Below are positions 10,862-20,360 of a stretch of 64,000 nucleotides of DNA, one piece after another (within the stretch, counting starts at the first letter, position 1; the number at the start of each line of letters is the position of its first letter). The notes beneath the pieces are model-generated. The model was not told the DNA's origin, did no database searches, and worked only from the letters and a program-made list of their open reading frames with translations. Source of the DNA: an uncultured virus (IMG/VR IMGVR_UViG_3300025174_000013) (taxonomy: Duplodnaviria > Heunggongvirae > Uroviricota > Caudoviricetes). The DNA lies in IMG/VR virus record IMGVR_UViG_3300025174_000013, positions 1 through 64,000 of that record, one strand, 5' to 3'. A program made the position numbers and the translations under genes.

Positions 10862-11218
10862 ATGGTAAACATAATTCCAGATATTAAGGTAGGTAACATA
10901 GGCACGCGATTACGTGTACGGATAACAAAAGTAAAAGATACTATTGCACCGGAAGACGTTAAAGGTTTAGAATCAGAAAGGGAACCAGTGAATCTAACAA
11001 CTGCTCAAACCGTATGGATAGAATTAGAGATTCCAAAAGGAAAAAGAAAGCCTTTGTTAGTAGCAACTATTATAGATGCTCAAAATGGTTTGATAGAAAA
11101 AATAGATTCAGCAGGGATTTTTGATGTTGACGGAAGATGGAAAATTAGAGGATTAGTTCAGTTTAATTCAGGTAATTTATTTAAAGGAACTTGGACTGGC
11201 TTCATGGTGGGTGATTAA
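10862..11218 (+). CDS. BppU N-terminal-like fibre attachment protein
   Basis: VGNIGTRLRVRIT...PVNLT...NGLIE...IFDVDGRWKIRGLVQF resembles BppU-like Ig-fold adaptors; follows the fibre genes. Confidence 0.5.
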   Translation: MVNIIPDIKVGNIGTRLRVRITKVKDTIAPEDVKGLESEREPVNLTTAQTVWIELEIPKGKRKPLLVATIIDAQNGLIEKIDSAGIFDVDGRWKIRGLVQFNSGNLFKGTWTGFMVGD

Positions 11219-11220
11219 AC

Positions 11221-14200
11221 ATGGCTTTTGGATTTAGACGAAAAGCGAGTGAAGCAGTACCAAAAGTATTTCAAACATTTAACTCACTTTTAGGTTCTAT
11301 TGTAAGAAAAAAGAATGCAACAGTGGTAGGTCCTTCTAAACAATTAGTTGGAGAATTTCCTCCAGTAACATTTGAACGATTATTTGAATTTTATCATCAT
11401 TGGGATCAAATTAAAAGATCCATGGATACTTCTCATCAAAAACTAATTGGTGCAGGAATAGAAATAAAATCTAACAATGAATATTTTAATGTTTTTATAG
11501 AAAAATGGTGGAAAACAACAAACGCAGGAAAAAAATTTAGTGAGTATTTCTTATCTGGATTAATTACAGGAAACGCAATAATGGAGATTCAATATACACC
11601 TGATGGAAGAATAGGAAACGTAGAACATATTCCTATGCAGACTATATTCAGGGTTTTCAGGGATCAGTTTGCTAATGAACTTAAACTAGTACAAGTTGTT
11701 GACGGTGTTTTCAAAGAACTCGATCCAGAATACTTTATGCATTGGATGATTAATAACCCTGATAGACAAGCATTTGGAAAATCTGAATTCTTTTCTGTTG
11801 CATCACCAAGACCCGTAACTACAAAAGTTGATAAATTCACAGGTCAGCCTATAAACCCCGATAGAAACTTACGTCCATTATTAGATGCTCAAGCAATTCT
11901 ACAAAATGCTGAAGTAGAAATTAAAGAGAAAATGGGTAAACCAAGACTCATTGTATCTGCTCCGGGAATGCCACAAGATCAAATGAAGCAAGTACAGTTA
12001 GAAATGGCAGATCCAAACAGTGATCAATACATATGGATTTTTGATAAACCGGTTGATTCAAAAGAACTACAAATACAGGCACAAACACGTTTTGATGATT
12101 ATGGAGATAACGTAGATTCACACATTGATATAGCTACGGGCTTTGCTTCAAAAGTTATATCCCATCCCGGCGGATTTAGTTATTCAAGTGCTCAAAGTCC
12201 ATTAGACGTTTTAGATCAAAGAATGGTGGACATGCAAAACGATGTTGCCGAACTCATTATTGACAAGCTATTAAAACCATTAGCAGAATCATGGGGATTT
12301 AAAGAATTTGAAGAAATGGAAGTGGAAGTATCATTTACTCCTAACGTTAAACGACTTACAATGGATGATATTAAACTACTCGATCCAGAATCAGTAGCAC
12401 CTAAAGAAAAGAGAGAAATGTATAAAAAATTAAACATTCCATTAGATGACCAACTTTATGATGAATTTCAAAACGAACTTAAACAAGACAAACAAGACCA
12501 AAAAGATACTGCTATGGTTCAGGCTCAAAACAATGGATTTGGAGGAGGAGAACCAACACCAATAGGAGATAAAGGAAAACCACCGTTTGGAGGAGATGAT
12601 AAAGGTGATACAAAACCAGCTCCAACGACACCTCCAAGACCTGATATTGAAAAAGATAGACCATCACCTACAAGAACAGACAAACAGGAACCATCTATAT
12701 TTAGAAAGAAAAAGGGAGAATCATTGACAGAAGACGATGTGGAAAAAATAGTTTTAAAGGCAGTAGAAGCAACTCTAAAAGCACAGGAAAGAATATCTTT
12801 ACCACCAAAGGCAGGAGCATTAAGCAATAGTTCATCTGATTTGTATGTTTCACAAGGATTAGATACGCCGGGTCGCCCAGATGTTACAGATCCAGAATTA
12901 AGAAAAGTGTATGGATTGGATAAAGATGAGTTTGAAGGTGAACTACCACCAAACGCACCACAAAGAAGAGCAGATTCTATGAATCCACCAATATTAGATC
13001 CACAAGAAGAAGCAAGAAGAAATATGTTGAATGCAAAAAGAGGAGATAGTCAAGGAATAGACTTTACAAATGCTGGAGGACAAGGAATTCCACAAGTAGA
13101 TGCTTCTGGAAATGTGGTTAATCAACCACCTCAGGTTAAATTAAGCGATTATGTTAATGAATTAGAAGGTAAGGTAAAGGGAGATCATACTAAAGGCGGA
13201 ACTGGAGACCAAAGAATAAACCAAGATTCTACTGGTGATATAAAAGATCCACATGATTTGGCAGATATACAAAATGAACCAGCAGAACCAGAAGAAGGAC
13301 AACCACAAACTACAAATATCGGACCTCGTGAGAGAGATAATTTAAGTAGAGGTTTAACAGGTGGATATGAACCTGAAAATCCAGATTTGAAGCAATTAGG
13401 TTCACTGAAAGGAGATGAACCACCATATGAAAAAGCGGAAGGATTTGGCAAAGATGAAGAAGATAAAAAGAGTGGAAAATTAAAGAAACTTGAGAATAGT
13501 CAGCAATTAAATGAAGCGGAAAAAATAAATAAAAAACCTGATCCACTTGAAGAACCACATAAAGACGCAAAGAAGCCAGAAGACTCAGATCCAAGTTTAC
13601 CTTTTGAAGATCCAAATCCACATCTAAATGAACCACAAAAAGGTCAAGCACAATTAGATGATACTCCATTACAAGAAACACCAGTAAACAACATATCTGG
13701 AATAAATCCAAGTAGACCACCAAAAGAAGGACAATCTACAAATCAAGCAACTAATTTAGATGATATTAAGAATGATATAAGTGAAGATGGAAATGCTGTT
13801 GAACCAGCAATAGGACAATCTGATCAATATAGATTAAAACAAGCTGAATTAACAGGAAATGATGATTATTCTACATTACCAACGCCGGGCGATCCACCAA
13901 TAGATCAAAGTGGATTAAATGTAAGACCTGATGAAACTAATAGCTTACAAAATCCAACTAGAGAAGATCCAATAGGAACTGTTCCTCATGATGATGGAAT
14001 GATCGTAAAGCCAGAAGACGTACAGCAAGTTCAACCAACACAGAAAGATATACCAGTGCCAAATGCAGACCCATCACAAGGACAAAATATTGATCAAGGA
14101 GTAGATCCAAATGAGATAGATCCAGACCAATTACATGTAGATCCAGAAACAGGAGTAAATTATACAGACTTAACTGATGAACAAGGTAATGAAGTTCCAG

Positions 14201-15408
14201 ATTTAAGATTTGATCAAACTCCAGATTCAGATGAAACTCAACCAAACGTTGAATTGGAAAATGAGATTGTAACTAAGGAGGAATATGAGGCAGAATTGGA
14301 AGGACAGCGACATCAAAATGAGCCTATAAATCAACCACCAATGGTATCAGAAGATCAATTTAATGCTGAATTAGACAAACAAAATCAAGATAATACCAAT
14401 GTTTTCGACAATACTACACCTGATGAACCACAAGGAAGGGTAGAAAAACTGTTTAATCCAGAAGAACCAAAAGAAGAAGGTTGGGAACCAGTATTAGGGG
14501 AAGACGAAGATAAAAAAGTATCTGAGGCTTTGACTTCTGATGGAATGAGGGTTCAGTCCGAACAAGTATTTGTAAATCCAGCAAAAAAAGTAATAGGAGC
14601 ACCAAGATTCAAAGATATGAGAAAAAAAAAAGATCAGTCGAAGGAAACAGGAACGCCAGAAGGAGCGAAGAAAGGATGGGATACAAGGGGAAGAGGAAGG
14701 AAGCCAGAAGAAAAAAAGGGAAAACCAACAAAGGTGAAGATAGATGATTCAAGACAAATTGAAAGAACAGATGCAATTAGGGATATTACGAACACATTTC
14801 CAGATAAATTTGATCATGAAACAGCAACCAAACAAGCGATCAAATCAGAAAAACTACAAGATAAACATCAAAAAAGAGTCAAAGAGGTTATTGACAGTTT
14901 GAAACAAGAATTTCCTAATGCAGATGTAACAGGAAGAGTGAAAACAACTTACAGTATGATAGAAAAATTAGCAAGAAGACCTAATTTGTATAAAGATGTA
15001 TCTGATTTAAATGATATATCAGCAGTTAGACTAGTATTAGAAAATCTAAATGATGTAAATAAAACAGTCAATCATATGAAAGAAAATTATAATATTGTAA
15101 ATGAAGAAAAATATTTAGAAAACTCAAAAGGAGGATATAGAAGCGTTCACTTATCAATTATTGATAAACAAGGATTAGTTTCTGAAGTTCAGGTAAGAAC
15201 GCCAAATCAGCAAAAATGGGCAGATTGGGCTCATGAATTTTATAAACCATTTGATAATGAAATGAAGGAATATTTAAAAGAAAATATGAACATTATAACA
15301 GATTATTCTTATAAGATGTCGGATTATTTCTATGATTTGGATAGTGGTAAAAAAGCAAATCCGCCAGAATGTCCACCAGAATTGGTTATAATAGGGTGCT
15401 TACAATGA
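11221..15408 (+). CDS. Portal protein with a long acidic linker and a C-terminal RelA/SpoT-like synthetase domain
   Basis: N-terminal about 420 aa is portal-like (LITGNAIMEI, HWMINN...FGKSEF) and precedes the protease and capsid genes. C-terminus has GRVK, DISAVR, GYRSVH and EVQVRTxxQxxWA. Confidence 0.8.
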   Translation: MAFGFRRKASEAVPKVFQTFNSLLGSIVRKKNATVVGPSKQLVGEFPPVTFERLFEFYHHWDQIKRSMDTSHQKLIGAGIEIKSNNEYFNVFIEKWWKTTNAGKKFSEYFLSGLITGNAIMEIQYTPDGRIGNVEHIPMQTIFRVFRDQFANELKLVQVVDGVFKELDPEYFMHWMINNPDRQAFGKSEFFSVASPRPVTTKVDKFTGQPINPDRNLRPLLDAQAILQNAEVEIKEKMGKPRLIVSAPGMPQDQMKQVQLEMADPNSDQYIWIFDKPVDSKELQIQAQTRFDDYGDNVDSHIDIATGFASKVISHPGGFSYSSAQSPLDVLDQRMVDMQNDVAELIIDKLLKPLAESWGFKEFEEMEVEVSFTPNVKRLTMDDIKLLDPESVAPKEKREMYKKLNIPLDDQLYDEFQNELKQDKQDQKDTAMVQAQNNGFGGGEPTPIGDKGKPPFGGDDKGDTKPAPTTPPRPDIEKDRPSPTRTDKQEPSIFRKKKGESLTEDDVEKIVLKAVEATLKAQERISLPPKAGALSNSSSDLYVSQGLDTPGRPDVTDPELRKVYGLDKDEFEGELPPNAPQRRADSMNPPILDPQEEARRNMLNAKRGDSQGIDFTNAGGQGIPQVDASGNVVNQPPQVKLSDYVNELEGKVKGDHTKGGTGDQRINQDSTGDIKDPHDLADIQNEPAEPEEGQPQTTNIGPRERDNLSRGLTGGYEPENPDLKQLGSLKGDEPPYEKAEGFGKDEEDKKSGKLKKLENSQQLNEAEKINKKPDPLEEPHKDAKKPEDSDPSLPFEDPNPHLNEPQKGQAQLDDTPLQETPVNNISGINPSRPPKEGQSTNQATNLDDIKNDISEDGNAVEPAIGQSDQYRLKQAELTGNDDYSTLPTPGDPPIDQSGLNVRPDETNSLQNPTREDPIGTVPHDDGMIVKPEDVQQVQPTQKDIPVPNADPSQGQNIDQGVDPNEIDPDQLHVDPETGVNYTDLTDEQGNEVPDLRFDQTPDSDETQPNVELENEIVTKEEYEAELEGQRHQNEPINQPPMVSEDQFNAELDKQNQDNTNVFDNTTPDEPQGRVEKLFNPEEPKEEGWEPVLGEDEDKKVSEALTSDGMRVQSEQVFVNPAKKVIGAPRFKDMRKKKDQSKETGTPEGAKKGWDTRGRGRKPEEKKGKPTKVKIDDSRQIERTDAIRDITNTFPDKFDHETATKQAIKSEKLQDKHQKRVKEVIDSLKQEFPNADVTGRVKTTYSMIEKLARRPNLYKDVSDLNDISAVRLVLENLNDVNKTVNHMKENYNIVNEEKYLENSKGGYRSVHLSIIDKQGLVSEVQVRTPNQQKWADWAHEFYKPFDNEMKEYLKENMNIITDYSYKMSDYFYDLDSGKKANPPECPPELVIIGCLQ

Positions 15409-15617
15409 CAGATGAAAGTTACATAGAATTAGTTATCAAGGAACAATTAAGAACAACACCAAAGAAAGGATTCAATGTTTGTACATATGATGAATATTCA
15501 GATATAGGAAATAGACTAACCGTTGTAAAACACACTAATACTGCGGAAGAAGCTAGAGAATTTGCAAAGAGTTTGAAAGGCGAAAAAGTGTATATTTATG
15601 GTGCTCAAAATGGTTAA
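15405..15617 (+). CDS. Small protein, candidate immunity protein for the synthetase domain
   Basis: ATG at 15405 overlaps the portal stop (ATGA); 70 aa; function inferred from position only. Confidence 0.5.
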   Translation: MTDESYIELVIKEQLRTTPKKGFNVCTYDEYSDIGNRLTVVKHTNTAEEAREFAKSLKGEKVYIYGAQNG

Positions 15618-15852
15618 AAAGGTAAAAGAGACAGAAAAATGGTGGAAAAGACCGCCTCGCTCATCTCGAACATGTTTTAGATGTAAACACAAGTATTCTA
15701 GCCACATAGACGTAAGATGCCTTAAAATAGTCAAAAGAAAGCCCGATAGAATAGAGTGTAATTGTAAGGGATTTGTATCAAATGAGGCTGAAATGGATAT
15801 GATTGAAGAAAGGAAAAAAAGAAAGCTTTTAAATGACGAAGAGGTAATTTAG
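15610..15852 (+). CDS. Small Cys/His zinc-binding protein
   Basis: CFRCKHKYSSH...C...CNCKGF. Confidence 0.6.
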   Translation: MVKKVKETEKWWKRPPRSSRTCFRCKHKYSSHIDVRCLKIVKRKPDRIECNCKGFVSNEAEMDMIEERKKRKLLNDEEVI

Positions 15853-15854
15853 AT

Positions 15855-17972
15855 ATGCCTATCAAGATGGGGGATCAAACTTATGATAAATTTGAGGACG
15901 CCTCAAAATCAGTTCAACAAAGTAAGGGATTGCCAAAAGAAAGGGCAGACGCTTATGTAGCAACTATTGATAGAAAACAAAATGAGGCAGAAGTTCCAGA
16001 ACAAACTCAATCTTTAACTTCACCAAATGCCGATGATGTAAAAACAGAAGATCCACAAGATTTAACATCTCCACAAGGTTCTTCAAGAGAAGCAGAAAAT
16101 CCATTTGCTTCTGGACAAGGTGAATTATCGCCAGCAAATCCAGCACAGGATAAGGCAGAACCATCAGCAAATCCACAAGATCAAGCAGAACCAGCAAATG
16201 TAGGACATCAAGGAAGTTCAGAAGTTAGTCAAGATTCAGATATTAAGAAAACCAATGCATATGGAAAACTAAATGGTTCAAAACATATAGAAAATGAAGA
16301 TGAAAATAAAGACAAAAGGAGAGAAGATCATCAAAGTCTTGAATATAATGGTGAATCATATAATAAAGTAGAATCAATAGAATATGATGGAAAAATTTAC
16401 ATTCCAAGGGCTGGAGAAGCAGAAGACAATGATTTGGAGTATGATAACAAATTTTGGAAAGAAGCAGACGAAGATGTATTAGAATTAGATGATGATTATT
16501 ATGTTAAAGATGCTGAGGAACAAGGTGATATAGTTCCAAACCCACAATCATCAATGCCACAACCAACAACTGCAACAAGTACACCTCAATTAAATCCAAC
16601 TAGTGAAAGTATTATAATAAAAGAATCAAATGGTAAATATAAAAAGTATAACATTTTTGAAGTACACGAAGAAGAACTGCCAGTTCAAAAACCAGCAGAA
16701 ACAACAGAAATTCCAACTATTAATACTCCACAAGGAAATATAACTCAAAACGTAGACAAACCAAAAGAGGAACCAATAGAACAAAAGGAACCAGTTGAAG
16801 AAGTTATTGCTGTTGAAAAAATAATTATGAAAGAGAAAGGAATATTAAAATTTAAAACTGTTTATACTGAAGTTAAAAAAAAAGCTTCAGAAAATGATAT
16901 AGGTAATTGTGATTTTTGTAAAGGTACTGGTAAAGTAACCGTTGAACATTTAGGTTTAAAAGATTGTCCACGTTGTGGAGGAGACGGCAATGTAGATGGT
17001 GTGCAACCAAATGAATCTGGATTACAACAAACACCAACCCAAATGCCAAATCAACCACCAAATCAAACACAGCAACCGCAGGGTTCAAGTCCACCATTAA
17101 ATCAACAACCACAACAATCAACTCAGCCTCAAGAACCAAAGAAAGAGAACCCATTTGAGAAAAAGGCAGATAATCCATTCGAAAAGAAAAAGGATTCCGA
17201 AAACCCATTTGAAAAAAAAAGCTTAGAGTGCCTAGTATGTCCTAAATCAGTGAAACAGTTTGAAGGTTGGGTTCAAAGAAAAATAAATATATTAAAATTA
17301 AAGAGACCTGCACATGAAGGAGTTGGTCTTTTATTTGGAATACCAACTATTGAACAAAAAGGAAAGAAAATAAAAGGTGTATTAGCATATGCTGGAGTTT
17401 CTTTAAATAATCGTATTTATCTCCCTGAAGAATTAGCAAAAGGTGACGGTAAAACATTGCCACTTTTATTAAATCATAGCAATGTAGCGGGAGCAGAAGA
17501 AGAATTAGATAGATTAGACGAAAAAATGAGAGGTTCTCTTGAAAAAAATGAAGATTACCAAATAGGATGGGTTAAACTAAAATGGGTAGCCGAAGAATTA
17601 ACACTTTATTATGAAGGAGTAATTATAGACAAATTCTTCCAAAGGGAAGTAGATGATGCACAAATGGCGGTATCATTAGGAATTTGGTATGATTCTGATT
17701 CTCCACAAGTTTGTGATCAAGAATGTTATACACTTATTAGAGGAGCAGAATTTAGAGAAGTTTCATTAGTATATCACCCCGGTTTTCCAATAGCAACTAT
17801 TGAAGCAGTAGAAGCAAACTTAAAGAAAAGGGCGAAACAAACAATAATAGCAGAATCATTAGCTATACCATATTTAACTTCATCGGAAACAGGCAATATT
17901 ACATTTACTACAACCGATGTAATGGCAACTACAACTTCAACACCATTTAATTATAATTCAACAACTGCATAA
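15855..17972 (+). CDS. Scaffold-like region plus prohead (maturation) protease
   Basis: Acidic low-complexity N-terminus with a DnaJ-like CxxCxGxG pair and 3x NPFEKK. C-terminus has GVSLNNRIY, PLLLNH, VSLG, FREVSLVxxPG typical of HK97-class proteases. Lies between portal and capsid. Confidence 0.75.
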   Translation: MPIKMGDQTYDKFEDASKSVQQSKGLPKERADAYVATIDRKQNEAEVPEQTQSLTSPNADDVKTEDPQDLTSPQGSSREAENPFASGQGELSPANPAQDKAEPSANPQDQAEPANVGHQGSSEVSQDSDIKKTNAYGKLNGSKHIENEDENKDKRREDHQSLEYNGESYNKVESIEYDGKIYIPRAGEAEDNDLEYDNKFWKEADEDVLELDDDYYVKDAEEQGDIVPNPQSSMPQPTTATSTPQLNPTSESIIIKESNGKYKKYNIFEVHEEELPVQKPAETTEIPTINTPQGNITQNVDKPKEEPIEQKEPVEEVIAVEKIIMKEKGILKFKTVYTEVKKKASENDIGNCDFCKGTGKVTVEHLGLKDCPRCGGDGNVDGVQPNESGLQQTPTQMPNQPPNQTQQPQGSSPPLNQQPQQSTQPQEPKKENPFEKKADNPFEKKKDSENPFEKKSLECLVCPKSVKQFEGWVQRKINILKLKRPAHEGVGLLFGIPTIEQKGKKIKGVLAYAGVSLNNRIYLPEELAKGDGKTLPLLLNHSNVAGAEEELDRLDEKMRGSLEKNEDYQIGWVKLKWVAEELTLYYEGVIIDKFFQREVDDAQMAVSLGIWYDSDSPQVCDQECYTLIRGAEFREVSLVYHPGFPIATIEAVEANLKKRAKQTIIAESLAIPYLTSSETGNITFTTTDVMATTTSTPFNYNSTTA

Positions 17973-18059
17973 AAATAGGCACGAAAAATTACACTAAAAA
18001 CACCCCTAATATATACTTATTAAATGCTTATAAAGGAATTATGCTTAAATTTAATTAGT

Positions 18060-19829
18060 ATGCCTACAAAGGTTAGAAAAGCAACAGAGGATGTTAGCGA
18101 TCAAATAGAGCCAACAGGAAAACTTCCAGCAAGCGGAGTACCAGATAATGGTGCAGACGGAACTGCTGGTGGTGCAAATTGTCCGGATGGTCAAATTTGG
18201 AACGCACATACTCGAAAATGTGAAAAATCTGACTTAGGTGACGCAAGTAAGCGTTCAATACCTGAACCAGTAGCAAAAGCTTCATCTGCAACTGGAGAGG
18301 CTGAAACAGTAGACGGGATCGATGTTGATCTTGTTGAAGGATCAGAACTTCCAGATGACAATGAGAAAGGTGTAATAACCGATTTGATTACAGGACAAGA
18401 CGGTAGCGAACCAGCAGTAGATCCAACTAAATTAACTGGATCAAATGCTGACAAAACTAGCGAGGCTCGAAGAAACGGAACTTATGCATATAAAATTGCA
18501 AAAGCCGAAGCTTTGAGAAAACTAGAACAAGCCGAAATGCGAGTACGTGCTAAAGAATTACTAGCTAAAGAAGCTGATTTGGATGCACGAATTAGACAAG
18601 CAAAAGAGTCTTCAAAACCAAGAGCATTAGTAAACACTCCACAAGGAGTCTATGCAAATGGTTCTAAGACCAGTGCTGTCGAGGCAGAAATATCAAAACC
18701 CTCTGCATGGTTCAGAGCGGTTCAAAGAGAAGAGAATGTAAGTCCAGCATTTATCTGGCACATTAACAAGGAGAAAATCTATGAGAATTACGGTAAGCAA
18801 TTCTACAAGAAATTTGATGCCAACGGCAATGAGTTAAAATTCCCAGTTCCAAAAACAGAAGTGGGTAAGACTTATGGCGGAGAAGCAGTAACAATTTCAG
18901 TAGCAGGACCAGCTGACGGAGACTTTATGAGAATCATGTCAGAACAAGTTCTAGTATTACCTAGTGGAAAAGTAGTAACTCCAATTCGTCAATTCACAGA
19001 GACAAAAGTTTTGCCTCCGGGAACACGAGAAGCATTCTTCTACGACTTTGGACCAGTAACTTTCAGCGATATCGTTGAAGGAGACACTGATCCGGCTGTA
19101 GCAGTTCCATTATCTTCACCAATCATAAGAAGTGCTGGAACAGAGACAGATCCAAGAGGTACAAGGATAGATATCGGTTATCAACAAACTGAGGAAAGTC
19201 CGATTGATATTATTGCTTCAGCAAACCGTTCATTTGCACTTGAGAGCATAAATGATGAATCAGTAGAAGTTTTGACTCGAGCTTACAACCTCGATGCAGG
19301 TTCTTCAGGTTCAGCAACTGTTCGAAAGGCAAAAGGTGGTGGTACAAAAGCTGGTAGATGGGTCGATGGTAATACAGGAACTCAAATAGTAGCTGATGCC
19401 GGTGGTTTAGGAGTTTTAACCTACAGAGGATTACTTTCTGCAAAGGGAGTAATTCAAGATGAAGGTTTAGACGATTCAAACTTAATCACATACACTAGCG
19501 GTAAAGGAATTCGTGACTTAACATTAGATCCAGATCTGGATTCATACATTGGATTCTCTAGACCTGCAATAATTACAGAAGCAACTGTAGAAAGAATCGC
19601 TGGAACAAATCTAGTGAGATCATCTGCAATAGCTCCAACAACTTTCGTTGGTGGAAAAAGATCTGTAATGTTTATTCCAAATGTAGCATTTGGTTTAGTT
19701 TCAGGAAGAGACTTAACAATGGAAGCTCAGCGAAGGAACGAGAGACAGTTGATTCATTTGACTGGAACTCAGAAAATCTCTGCAGTAGTTAAGAACGTAG
19801 AAGCAACAGTAAGATTGTCACACCTATAA
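18060..19829 (+). CDS. Major capsid protein (HK97-like) with N-terminal scaffold/propeptide
   Basis: Follows the protease; acidic and coiled-coil N-terminus; capsid-like C-terminus (IERIAG-type, AFGLVSGRDLTMEAQR). Start moved to ATG 18060, about 33 nt after TATA; strong oligo-T follows. Confidence 0.75.
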   Translation: MPTKVRKATEDVSDQIEPTGKLPASGVPDNGADGTAGGANCPDGQIWNAHTRKCEKSDLGDASKRSIPEPVAKASSATGEAETVDGIDVDLVEGSELPDDNEKGVITDLITGQDGSEPAVDPTKLTGSNADKTSEARRNGTYAYKIAKAEALRKLEQAEMRVRAKELLAKEADLDARIRQAKESSKPRALVNTPQGVYANGSKTSAVEAEISKPSAWFRAVQREENVSPAFIWHINKEKIYENYGKQFYKKFDANGNELKFPVPKTEVGKTYGGEAVTISVAGPADGDFMRIMSEQVLVLPSGKVVTPIRQFTETKVLPPGTREAFFYDFGPVTFSDIVEGDTDPAVAVPLSSPIIRSAGTETDPRGTRIDIGYQQTEESPIDIIASANRSFALESINDESVEVLTRAYNLDAGSSGSATVRKAKGGGTKAGRWVDGNTGTQIVADAGGLGVLTYRGLLSAKGVIQDEGLDDSNLITYTSGKGIRDLTLDPDLDSYIGFSRPAIITEATVERIAGTNLVRSSAIAPTTFVGGKRSVMFIPNVAFGLVSGRDLTMEAQRRNERQLIHLTGTQKISAVVKNVEATVRLSHL

Positions 19830-19838
19830 GAATCACAC

Positions 19839-19862
19839 TTATTTTTCTTTTTTTTTTATTTT
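19839..19862 (+). terminator. Oligo-T archaeal-type terminator after the capsid gene
   Basis: ttatttttcttttttttttatttt right after the stop. Confidence 0.65.
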
Positions 19863-19884
19863 AAAACAAAGGGGATTCTATAGA

Positions 19885-20271
19885 TTATCGCTCTATAGAA
19901 CTATTCATGGATCTTAAGAATGTTTTTAATTGGCTTGTAGGAAGCTTGACTATCTTATCAAGTGATTTTTCTTCCATTACTCTAATTGCATCACCATCTA
20001 ATGTTTCACAAGCTCCAGTAAAGTCTCCATATAATTCAGAGATTGCTTTGTGGTTATCTAAACATTCTTGGCAAGATCCCCTATAATAACCCTCATGCCA
20101 TACATGTTCGACTATAATGTTTGTAACTTTACCACAATCATTACATTCGGACTTTATAATGGTTCCTTCTTTAACATAGGATCTATCACAATTTACACAT
20201 TTGTTATCCTTGATAACACATTTGTAAAAATGCCTGTTATTACAGGTTTCTTCACTAAGTATTTGTTTCAT
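19885..20271 (-). CDS. Cys-rich zinc-finger protein
   Basis: Several CxxC pairs; own TATA (CTTATATAC) 29 nt upstream on the minus strand; the only convincing minus-strand gene. Confidence 0.65.
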   Translation of the reverse strand: MKQILSEETCNNRHFYKCVIKDNKCVNCDRSYVKEGTIIKSECNDCGKVTNIIVEHVWHEGYYRGSCQECLDNHKAISELYGDFTGACETLDGDAIRVMEEKSLDKIVKLPTSQLKTFLRSMNSSIER

Positions 20272-20280
20272 ACTATACCT

Positions 20281-20352
20281 TATCCCATATAGTATATAAG
20301 TGCTTGTGTCGCAGGGATTAAAAACAAACCTTTATATACCGTCTAGTATATA
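20281..20352. promoter_or_regulatory. Divergent pair of ACAA-N3-YTTATATAC promoters
   Basis: Plus strand ACAAACC-TTTATATAC-cgtcta-GTATATA, 30 nt before ATG 20361; minus strand ACAAGCA-CTTATATAC, 29 nt before ATG 20271. Confidence 0.75.
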
Positions 20353-20360
20353 GATATAGC

